A DNA stretch of 57,536 nucleotides. Origin: a virus. Lineage: Duplodnaviria > Caudoviricetes. The notes below the pieces were generated by a model. It searched no databases, had not been told where the DNA came from, and was given only the letters and a program-made list of their open reading frames with translations. Each line of letters opens with the position of its first letter. Position 1 is the first letter of the stretch. Below are positions 37,334 to 45,582 of this stretch, one piece after another. Position numbers and translations under genes: made by a program. The stretch spans positions 1 through 57,536 of the IMG/VR virus record IMGVR_UViG_3300035703_000110; one strand, 5' to 3'.

Positions 37334-37676
37334 GGGTTACATCCTGAATCATGGGCAAAATGCCGCTGACAACCGTGCGCACGTCACCCAAGGCGTCAGT
37401 GACTTGAATATCGAAGGCCACGTTACCCACACCGGTAATGATCCGTTTCAAGATGCTCACCGTACCCGCTAAAGGATCGGTAATGTAAATCTGTGGATCA
37501 GCACCATCCGAGCGCCAAGTGTAGAGTGGCTGTGCCGATGCGGGCAATGCACGCATTTGCATCGCAATCACAGCGCCGGTCAAGTTCATGGGTACACCAT
37601 TCAAGGTGATCGTCATGCTCAGGCCACGCCACGTATCACCCGACACATGGGGTTTCAATGTAATTGCCATGGTCAA
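37326..37676 (-). CDS. BppU-like adaptor/structural protein
   Basis: GDTW...P.NLTG..I.MQ.R...FDIQVT...G...QDVTR. Confidence 0.65.
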   Translation of the reverse strand: MTMAITLKPHVSGDTWRGLSMTITLNGVPMNLTGAVIAMQMRALPASAQPLYTWRSDGADPQIYITDPLAGTVSILKRIITGVGNVAFDIQVTDALGDVRTVVSGILPMIQDVTRV

Positions 37677-39313
37677 GCCTCATCCTCAGTTTCAACGACT
37701 TTCTTGTCTTCGTCCATCGTTTGCTGCGCGGTGTTTGAACCGGGCTTTTTAGCATCCGAGGTGAAGCTTAGATTGAGTTCACTCATGAGTTTGTTTTCAC
37801 GGCTTCGCTGACGGAAAATCTTGCGGAAGTCTTCACCCAAACGAGCGCACTCTTTTTCGTAGGTGCTCAGGCCCGAGTTGATCCGCATGACTGCAGCCTG
37901 AGTCTCTTTCAACTCATCAATCTGACCGCGTGACGCACCAATCCACTCACACGCGCACAATGCCTCGCGCATGACCGGATCATAGAAAATCTCAGCGCCC
38001 TTGCCGGGTGGAAGCGGGATGTTGCCCGCGTTAATTTCTTCTTCAAGCCACAGGATGTAGATTGAAGTTGCCATGCGGTCGGCCACACTCTTTTTGCGAC
38101 CTTGCATGAACTTCCACACCTCGGCCATAGATGCCCGAGCGGATGAGTAATTCGTCTTGGTGTAGTCCCGGCTAAATTGCTCATAGGACAAACCCAAAGG
38201 TGCTGCGGTGTGGCGCAAGAGTGATTCTTCAAACTCACTGCCAACGCCGCCCGGTGTGCCCATGGGCTTGAGGGAAAGCTTTGTGCCAGGAAACAGGTGC
38301 GGCATTTTCACGCCGTCGATAGCAATGTTGCTGGACCCGCTTGTGTACTCACTCAGGGCACTCATGTACTGACCGAGCATGTCCGCAAAACCGGGCTGAC
38401 CCGCACCCATTGCACCAAAGACCATTTCTTTGGGTAACTCTGACTCCACAGCCGCAGCGTATGTCGCGTTGACCACCGCATTCTGTAACACCACGTCACT
38501 GAATTTCTTGGTCATGCGCATCTGTTTCAACACGCTCACCATGTCGGCAACGCCACGGGTTTGATCCGGCTGCAATTGCTCAATGATGTGGATGACCTGT
38601 TTACGGCCCCATGGCTTTGTCGCAGGCACGTACTTCCATGTCACCTCATCAGAAAACTCAAACATATCTGACGGGTAAGACATGCGAATGTGGTAGCCCA
38701 AATGTCGTCCGAAGTTGTCACGGGAGATACCCCGGCGCAACAGCTTTGAGTCCATTTCCCCGTTGGGGTTGCTCAAGCGTGTGGGGGACACCATTTGAAT
38801 AGCGGTGTTGAATGGTCGGGACGTGTCCTTGTTCAACCACTCGGCGGTTGCCAACACTTCACCGGTCATCAGGAAGCCGCCCACGCCCAAACGTACCAAA
38901 CCTGTCAGGGTGTTGGACCGGGCCGCGTCAAACCAGCACTCTTGACTATCGGCCATCATGTTAAACCGGGTTTCAACGACACGTTGAAACTCAGTAGCCC
39001 ATTCCTCAGTTGCCCCGAGGACTTCAAACTCAGGCTGCGCGTTCACACGGAACTGTGTGCCAACGATGCTGTCACGGTGCGTGTGTACCGCACCCATGGC
39101 GTAACCGTTGTTTTGAACCATGTCCCGCGTGCGGGCATCTGCCATGTCTTTGACAGGGTTCAATTGCCGGTCAGGTGAAACGATAGCCGGATTCCACGAA
39201 AAGGTTTCACGACTTGTGCGCTCTGCACCCTCTAGCCCGCCACCGATGGCTTTTTCAGTGATGCCGAAAATCGACGCCTGTTCGGTTTGTATGTTGGGAT
39301 GTGTCATGGTCAA
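37673..39313 (-). CDS. portal protein, lambda family
   Basis: RTRDMVQNNGYA, GLSYEQFSRDY..TNYSSARAS and IDELKE. Confidence 0.93.
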   Translation of the reverse strand: MTMTHPNIQTEQASIFGITEKAIGGGLEGAERTSRETFSWNPAIVSPDRQLNPVKDMADARTRDMVQNNGYAMGAVHTHRDSIVGTQFRVNAQPEFEVLGATEEWATEFQRVVETRFNMMADSQECWFDAARSNTLTGLVRLGVGGFLMTGEVLATAEWLNKDTSRPFNTAIQMVSPTRLSNPNGEMDSKLLRRGISRDNFGRHLGYHIRMSYPSDMFEFSDEVTWKYVPATKPWGRKQVIHIIEQLQPDQTRGVADMVSVLKQMRMTKKFSDVVLQNAVVNATYAAAVESELPKEMVFGAMGAGQPGFADMLGQYMSALSEYTSGSSNIAIDGVKMPHLFPGTKLSLKPMGTPGGVGSEFEESLLRHTAAPLGLSYEQFSRDYTKTNYSSARASMAEVWKFMQGRKKSVADRMATSIYILWLEEEINAGNIPLPPGKGAEIFYDPVMREALCACEWIGASRGQIDELKETQAAVMRINSGLSTYEKECARLGEDFRKIFRQRSRENKLMSELNLSFTSDAKKPGSNTAQQTMDEDKKVVETEDEA

Positions 39314-39537
39314 AATACGAATCCAGCAGGACCGTTATTGAATCGAGTTGGTGTGGGGCTTTCCAAGTTGACCTTAGTTTGCAACTCCAGAATGTAGTTA
39401 TACAAGGCTTGCCGGTTGGCAGCGGTGTACTCGATACGGCTTCCGTCAGCCCCATCCACAACCACACGGGCAGACCGTCCGGTCAGCAACTCGTGATAAG
39501 CCTTTTGTGCGTCTTTTAATTGCTCTTGAAGGGTCAT
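39310..39537 (-). CDS. head-tail joining protein (gpW-like)
   Basis: LKDAQKAYHELLTG...V..DG..IEYTAAN...LYNYI.EL with a GAGG RBS. Confidence 0.85.
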   Translation of the reverse strand: MTLQEQLKDAQKAYHELLTGRSARVVVDGADGSRIEYTAANRQALYNYILELQTKVNLESPTPTRFNNGPAGFVF

Positions 39538-39613
39538 GGCCCACCTCATAAGTTCACTGGATCGAGCCCGCACAATTGACCGAGGGGCGTAGTTAGCGGC
39601 AATTCTAGTCCAT

Positions 39614-41701
39614 TTAGGCCAAAGCCTTGCCAAGTTGGCTGAAGTCAAACGCTTTACCTTGCGCTAGAAAACGGGGTGCAGCTTCCACAGTTCGCACCAT
39701 GTCATTTTTATCCCATTCAGCGGCCCACAGCGGCGGGTTGGCCCAATCAAGCTGTTCAACCCGGATGAATTCGCTAATCACACAGCCCATCGCCATGTAA
39801 AGCAAGTCCCATGCCTCGTTGCGTTCTTTGTTGAGGTTTTCCCACCCCTTTGCTGTCCGCGTTTCTGCGCAAAGCTCATTGTAGAAATTGTCAGACAGCC
39901 AATTTGGGAAGCGAATCATGCCTTTACCCGGCTCTACGCAATCCAAACGACCATTGAGCGTGTCCTTGATGACGTTGGCATGTAGGAAAAGGACCGGCAC
40001 GTCACCACGAGCTGCAGTCATTTTGTCTTTCTTGCCGCTGTCAGGATAGCCCAAGCGCGTGCGCGGAGCCTCGGGGGTGCCCGTACCCTTGCTCAAGCAG
40101 AAACGGCGGTGTAGGTTTTGCTCACGCAGCTCCCGGTAGTACCCGTAAGCCATGCCGGTAACACCCTCCAAACCGCCCGAGTCGCAAACGGTGAAACGTA
40201 TGCCCATCATGCGCCCGCTGTCATCAGACAAGGGGTACTCTTTTTTAATGACTAACTCTGTAATCTTGTGCCAATCTGCAGAATACGTGGCAGGTTTGAC
40301 CCACAGCAATTCGCCGTCATCGTCTTCCCGGTCAGACTTGACAATATTGAAGCGATCCACAACCACAAGGTCGTAAGGTGCGCCTGGAATAACGCCGTGG
40401 ATTTGCACCACAAACATATTCTTTTGCACGTCCACGGTTGCAATCAAAAAGCGGACGTTTTCAGGGACAACGCGCTCCCCCAATTCTTCAGCGCGTGACT
40501 TGATAACTTCAGGGGAACGGATGTCGTAGAGTGACTTTGGCAGGTACGGTACACCGATGTCCGTGTTAAAGAATTTCACCAAGGCGTCTTCAGACCCGGT
40601 TCGTTCAAAGTGGTCGTTGGCGTCCATGAACATGGCGTATAACTTACTCCACGATGTGAAGGCCGCAGCTACGCCGTTCATCCAAAAGCTTGCAATGCTT
40701 GTGCGAGGTTCGGGGCCAAACACATGCCCTTTTTTGTCGATACCTTGGCCGTCTTTCAACCAGATTCCCCACGACTGCATAGTGTCCCGCTCATCCGGGT
40801 GGATTAACTCACGGCAATGGGGGCAACGCATACGCACAGTCTGTGCCCGCTCGTAGTTTGTACCCGTGGCTTTTTCGTCAATCTCAAGTAAGTCAAACGT
40901 ACCTTCAAAAAACGCGTCACAGTGCGGGCAAGGCCAATACCAACGGCGGCGGTCCCCACGGTTGTATAGCGCCATGATTCCCTTTGTGGGTGGAGCTTCA
41001 TGCGGGGTCTTGGGTAACCAGCGTGGGTTTTCCACGGGCCGGGACGGCGATGACTCGGCAACAGTCATGGCGTATGAGCCAAACGTGGTTGTCCGTTTTG
41101 ATGCCAAGTCAAAAGGCTCACCGTCACCGTCCACGTCATCCGGCATACGGTCACGGTCAGTCAGGATCACGCGTCCGATGGGCTTGCCCGCCAGCTCGGT
41201 AGGCGTAGGCCACGACAAGGTAAACAAGAGTCCATTGCGGTAACTCTTGTCAAACTTGTTGTCGCTATCCGCACCGGGCAACATCATGGCCCCGACTTCT
41301 GCGCTGTGCCGGTGCAAACGATCAATACGGCGAATAGAAAAGTCGCGGGCGGCGGTCATCGTTGGGCAAACCAACATCAAGTCCAAGGGCTCCACGAGCA
41401 CGCTGTAAACGAGGGCGTTGACAACCAATGAATCCGTCTTGCCTGTCTGCGCGGGGCCGACAAACACCATGCCGTTGTACCGCCGACTTGCAAACGTGTC
41501 CATGGGTTCAATCATGTACTGCGTAGTGTCATTCTTCCAGGGGCCAACATAAGCGCCCGGTGAGTTGACGTACCGGTACTTTTCAGCCGCTGCAGAAACA
41601 GACAACCGCTCAGGGGGCCGCAGCATTTCCGCGAGTTGGCAAAAAATGCCTCCTACGGATTTAAAGCGTTTGGTCGTCAATTGACTCTGTGTGCGGCTCA
41701 T
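39614..41701 (-). CDS. terminase large subunit (lambda GpA family)
   Basis: GPAQTGKT, ESSPS, WPCPHC, TVDVQ and RNEAWDL. Confidence 0.95.
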   Translation of the reverse strand: MSRTQSQLTTKRFKSVGGIFCQLAEMLRPPERLSVSAAAEKYRYVNSPGAYVGPWKNDTTQYMIEPMDTFASRRYNGMVFVGPAQTGKTDSLVVNALVYSVLVEPLDLMLVCPTMTAARDFSIRRIDRLHRHSAEVGAMMLPGADSDNKFDKSYRNGLLFTLSWPTPTELAGKPIGRVILTDRDRMPDDVDGDGEPFDLASKRTTTFGSYAMTVAESSPSRPVENPRWLPKTPHEAPPTKGIMALYNRGDRRRWYWPCPHCDAFFEGTFDLLEIDEKATGTNYERAQTVRMRCPHCRELIHPDERDTMQSWGIWLKDGQGIDKKGHVFGPEPRTSIASFWMNGVAAAFTSWSKLYAMFMDANDHFERTGSEDALVKFFNTDIGVPYLPKSLYDIRSPEVIKSRAEELGERVVPENVRFLIATVDVQKNMFVVQIHGVIPGAPYDLVVVDRFNIVKSDREDDDGELLWVKPATYSADWHKITELVIKKEYPLSDDSGRMMGIRFTVCDSGGLEGVTGMAYGYYRELREQNLHRRFCLSKGTGTPEAPRTRLGYPDSGKKDKMTAARGDVPVLFLHANVIKDTLNGRLDCVEPGKGMIRFPNWLSDNFYNELCAETRTAKGWENLNKERNEAWDLLYMAMGCVISEFIRVEQLDWANPPLWAAEWDKNDMVRTVEAAPRFLAQGKAFDFSQLGKALA

Positions 41702-42242
41702 CAGGGGTGTCCTTAAATTTTTCTTGTACGGCCAAGTAAAGGTCGTTGAGCATTGAATCCATCAAATTCTTGACAATGTTGCGCTGCTTTTCGGTCAACT
41801 CCACTTGACGTTCGAGGGTGTCAGTGGTCAACAGCGCCGACATGCGCACCAGCTTCACCAGCTCACCCACCGACTCTACGACCTTTGCAGTAGGCCACAG
41901 GTCACCCGCCCGTAATTCGTAGTCTTGTTTGGCCTTCAAGCCATTCCAAAATTCCTTTGTGAGTTGCTTTGGCAAGTCGGCGTGGTTCATGCGTTTTATC
42001 GCGGCTTCCACGTCATAGATCGGACGCACGAGGTGGGGCGCAGCTTCATGGATCGTCCACGTAGAAACGCCGTTGCGCGTACCGCTTGGTGAGCAATCTT
42101 TCAGCTTTTCAACCAAAACCCGGTGATCCATGCGAAACGCAACGCCTAGCTGAGACAGATTTAGTCCGTCAAAAAGCATAGCCTTGGTTTCAGGGTCCAT
42201 CGACACAGGCCGAGCGGGTTGTTTATTTAGGCTTGTTACCAT
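41661..42242 (-). CDS. terminase small subunit (DUF1441-like)
   Basis: N-terminal HTH, LPKQLTKEFW and AGDLWPT. It overlaps TerL. Confidence 0.85.
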   Translation of the reverse strand: MVTSLNKQPARPVSMDPETKAMLFDGLNLSQLGVAFRMDHRVLVEKLKDCSPSGTRNGVSTWTIHEAAPHLVRPIYDVEAAIKRMNHADLPKQLTKEFWNGLKAKQDYELRAGDLWPTAKVVESVGELVKLVRMSALLTTDTLERQVELTEKQRNIVKNLMDSMLNDLYLAVQEKFKDTPDEPHTESIDDQTL

Positions 42243-42456
42243 TTGTGTGATCCTGAATGAGTGCTCTCAATACCTTGGGCTCAAGCCTCAAGAGTGCCTC
42301 TATGTGACGGGCGTGGTAGAGCTTCAATGGCCGACTGCCACAACGGCATTGGGCATACGTCACATAGGCTAACCCCATCAACCGGGCGGCGTAGGTTGGC
42401 CCGAGTGCCGTATGGCTCTCAAGCTCAAGCAGTAGCGGGTTATGTGGGGTGGTCAT
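42223..42456 (-). CDS. small HTH DNA-binding protein
   Basis: LGPTYAARLMGLAYVTYAQCRCGSRPL. Confidence 0.7.
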   Translation of the reverse strand: MTTPHNPLLLELESHTALGPTYAARLMGLAYVTYAQCRCGSRPLKLYHARHIEALLRLEPKVLRALIQDHTNGNKPK

Positions 42457-42508
42457 GCTGCAGGCATTGTATATGCAATGCACACATGACAAAAAGAGAG
42501 GCGGAAAC

Positions 42509-42538
42509 GAAAAAGCCGCTTGGGGTAAAGCGGCTTTT
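42509..42538. terminator. intrinsic terminator (bidirectional-looking)
   Basis: AAAAGCCGCTT-GGGGTA-AAGCGGCTTTT. Confidence 0.75.
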
Positions 42539-42743
42539 AAGGATTTGCGTTCAACAGCGTTTATTACAAATCGGGGTCACTGGCCTAGAAATTTCTTTCA
42601 GTGCTGTAGCGAACTTGCAGTATAGCATCAAAAAGAACCGGCACACAAGGCTTGTTGGGTCGGAGACATGACCACCTGTGTGCCGGTTGGCGTGAGCCAA
42701 AGTGCCAGCGTAAAACCCTAACGAAAACGCTGACCCACTGATT

Positions 42744-44381
42744 CTAAACCTCGGCTTCAGCGTTTCGCTTGTGCAGCCTACGAATGAGCTGTTTGAGAAT
42801 TGAGAAAAGGTTGTCTTGGTTCAGCTCTTTTTTCACTAACCCCTCGCAGATTAACTCATCAATCGTGCCAATCGCTGTGATGAGTTGCACCACCACCGGG
42901 TGTTTCTGACCCTGGCGGGCCAAGCGCCCGACAAGTTGTAGGTACAACTCCAATGACCATGTGAGGTCAAAAAAGACAAGGTTGTGCCCACCGTGTTGCA
43001 AGTTCAAACCGTGCCCACCAGATTTAGGGTGAATTAACAACATGGGTATCTTACCCGCATTCCAATCCTTGACGCATTTACCTTCGGTATCCATTACTAC
43101 CGCTTTTGGAAATGCCTTTTTCAAACGAGCCAATGACGACTTGAAATGGTAGGCAACGAGTATTGTTTTGCCGGGTAGCGAATCTCGAATTTCTTTCAGT
43201 GTCTCAATCTTGTGGTCGTGGATATGGTGAACCTTTGTCACCTTCGTCAAGTCTTCGAATTCAATATCCCCTTCCATGGTTGTCTCATACAAAACGCCCG
43301 AGGCTATTTGAGTCAACTTTCCAGTCAGGCCCGCCGCTGTTTCGGCTTCAATAACTGAGTCACCTACTTTTACGACCAACTCAGTTTCGAGTTGCCGGTA
43401 AATCGCCATTTCATGTTCGGCTAAGACCACAGGTTTTCGGATCACCAATGGCTCATCCATTTTTAGGTAATCCTTGGCCTTCATCACCAAACACAAGTCA
43501 CTGATTTTTTCTAGTATCTCGTTTTCTGCGTTTGGTCGGGGTTCGTACTTCCGGGTCCACTTGTTGTGATTGAACCATTGATTGCGAAAGGCGGTGATGT
43601 TCTTTCCAAGGCGCTCACCCAAGTCCAACAGATAAATCAGGGTCCACACATGCTCAATAGACTCCGCAGCAAACGTGGCTGTGAGCCCGTGGAGCCGCGT
43701 AATTAGGCCGGGTGTACGTCTGACCTTGGCGAGTGATTTAAAGACGTGTGTGCTCGAATCTTTGAACAAGCTGATTTCATCAATGATGACTGTCCGGTAA
43801 GGCCATTTGCCTTTGTGGAAATTCACGAGCCATTCAAGTTGCTCTTTGTTGATGAAATGAATGTTTGTTGGGCTGCGTGCGAGGTCCGCACGGATTGCAT
43901 GGCGTTCGCGGGTTTCATGCGTTGGGCCAAGGGCTTGCTGTATCTCCGCTTCAGTTTTGCCGTTGGACAACATCATGTCCCGGTTGAATGAACGCTCTGC
44001 AGCTTCTTTACGGTCACGCGCACGCGCCGGAGTTAGTCTAGGGTCGTTGTCACTCTCACGAATCAACGTGTAATTCATGTGAGCAAGGTGTTGCCACAAA
44101 CCAATCTCGGTAGGCCATGTGTCGGTCATCACACGCACAGGCCCAATGACCAAGATTTGCTCTTTGGTTATCTCACGCAAAAGCCACGCAATCAAAGTCA
44201 AAGAGGTGACCGTCTTACCCAAACCTAAGTCGATAAAAAGGTGCGAGAAAGGGTTGTCACGCAAAAACTCGAAGCCTTCGTTTTGGTAGACGTGCATATC
44301 GCTACGCCCACGTATCACGTTGGCTAACTTAGTTTTCACGTAATCATCTAAAGAGAATTTTTGCATTTTCGAGGCTGTCAA
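42744..44381 (-). CDS. SNF2-like DEAD/H helicase
   Basis: LGLGKT, IIDE, GLTAT, HPKSGGHGLNLQ and RLARQGQ. Confidence 0.9.
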   Translation of the reverse strand: MTASKMQKFSLDDYVKTKLANVIRGRSDMHVYQNEGFEFLRDNPFSHLFIDLGLGKTVTSLTLIAWLLREITKEQILVIGPVRVMTDTWPTEIGLWQHLAHMNYTLIRESDNDPRLTPARARDRKEAAERSFNRDMMLSNGKTEAEIQQALGPTHETRERHAIRADLARSPTNIHFINKEQLEWLVNFHKGKWPYRTVIIDEISLFKDSSTHVFKSLAKVRRTPGLITRLHGLTATFAAESIEHVWTLIYLLDLGERLGKNITAFRNQWFNHNKWTRKYEPRPNAENEILEKISDLCLVMKAKDYLKMDEPLVIRKPVVLAEHEMAIYRQLETELVVKVGDSVIEAETAAGLTGKLTQIASGVLYETTMEGDIEFEDLTKVTKVHHIHDHKIETLKEIRDSLPGKTILVAYHFKSSLARLKKAFPKAVVMDTEGKCVKDWNAGKIPMLLIHPKSGGHGLNLQHGGHNLVFFDLTWSLELYLQLVGRLARQGQKHPVVVQLITAIGTIDELICEGLVKKELNQDNLFSILKQLIRRLHKRNAEAEV

Positions 44382-44640
44382 TAACGTGAACTTCTACGCC
44401 TTGTTTTTGTAAATCCGCGTGTCGAAGTATTTGCTGTGACTTGGGTTCTTTGTTGGGGGCTTTGAATTCAACCAACATGATTCGTCCATTGCGTGCGCAG
44501 AAGCGATCAGGAAAACCCCGGCGCGATTGGCTCACAACTTTTTCAATGAACCAACCCCGTGTCTTTGCGTATTCTGTGGCCGGTCCTTCGATGTCGTCTA
44601 TTTCCTTGACAGTGCGTTGATAGAAAGCTTTAGTGGTCAT
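44344..44640 (-). CDS. VRR-NUC domain nuclease
   Basis: RGFPDR...VEFKAP.....Q...H......G..V.VIDS. Confidence 0.88.
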   Translation of the reverse strand: MTTKAFYQRTVKEIDDIEGPATEYAKTRGWFIEKVVSQSRRGFPDRFCARNGRIMLVEFKAPNKEPKSQQILRHADLQKQGVEVHVIDSLENAKILFR

Positions 44641-45284
44641 AGATCGTCTTCACAATTCGTCTGCGCCGTCTTCCATGTAGGCACTGATAAAAGTTTTTGC
44701 GACTTCCGAGTTGATTGCGTTTCCATAGGCACGCAGGCGTCCCACGCGTCCGGGAGCCCCATGAGCCAACGGGAATGTGCCGGGTTCAACTGCCCTCCAC
44801 TTTCCATCTTGGCAGTAGAGCCAGTCAACATCACGCCATCTACCGTTAGTCGGGCCGGACCTTGCACCATCTTTACCATTTGAGTCAAGCTGCGCCCCGT
44901 CATTCCCGCTGTAATTCCCGTCCCGCCCCGTGTCCCGTCCGTGGCTGCAGGTGTCGGCCAACCCGCTAACTGAGCTACCACGTCCAACGTGTCCGTGCTT
45001 ATTTTGCCGTTCCGTATCCGACCACCGATGTAACCGCCCTTGTAATCCCTCGTGCTCGGAGTCGGCCACGAACCATAGTCGTTGTCGGATGTTCGGTGAG
45101 CCGACGCCCGCAGCGCAAAGATCAACAGCCCCGAAGGCGTACCTCGATGCTTCCATGTCAGCGTGTACAAGGTCGAGCCACTCAAGACCATCTTTGCTTG
45201 CAACCTGTTCGCCAAAAACCGTTGGAGGACGGCACTGTTCGATGAGGTAATGCCAGGTCGGCCAAAGATGCCGCTCGTCAGCAA
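44637..45284 (-). CDS. overlapping alternate-frame C5-MTase beta polypeptide (TRD/motif IX part)
   Basis: Nested in the MTase gene in another frame. AAGGAG (45296-45291) lies 6 nt before TTG 45284. It has WPTP..D twice and QLNPAHSRWLMGLP. Confidence 0.7.
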   Translation of the reverse strand: MLTSGIFGRPGITSSNSAVLQRFLANRLQAKMVLSGSTLYTLTWKHRGTPSGLLIFALRASAHRTSDNDYGSWPTPSTRDYKGGYIGGRIRNGKISTDTLDVVAQLAGWPTPAATDGTRGGTGITAGMTGRSLTQMVKMVQGPARLTVDGVMLTGSTAKMESGGQLNPAHSRWLMGLPDAWDACVPMETQSTRKSQKLLSVPTWKTAQTNCEDDL

Positions 45285-45582
45285 ATCCAGCTCCTTTGCC
45301 TGCCGCGCTGAAAGGTTGGCAAGGGCATGAACCTGTCCATACGGGGCGGTCGTCGGCCTAACCTGCTTGTCGCAAGGCTCGGCTCCAAACTCCGATTCCT
45401 GCAAAGAAATGGCATTGGGTATATTTTTTGAGGTCGTTGGGTGTGACATCTTCAATACTTCTTTCGTCAACATCACCGGGTGAAATAAAACCGGCTTTTA
45501 TTAAATTACGCAACCACTTTGCTGCAAAGGGATCAATTTCGTTGTAGTAAGTTGGTTTTATATTTTTTGAAACGTAAGTCAC
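44650..45582 (-). pseudogene. DNA cytosine-C5 methyltransferase (alpha polypeptide) interrupted by in-frame TAG at 45358-45360
   Basis: One continuous frame reads YYNEIDP...FFAGIGVWSRALRQAG*ADDRPVWTGSCPCQPFS...GEQV...RQRLWFVA...LRAYGNAI. Confidence 0.85.

Noticed and set aside
45358-45360. Genome-wide TAG recoding
   Set aside because: Only one interrupted gene was seen, and several genes end normally in TAG.
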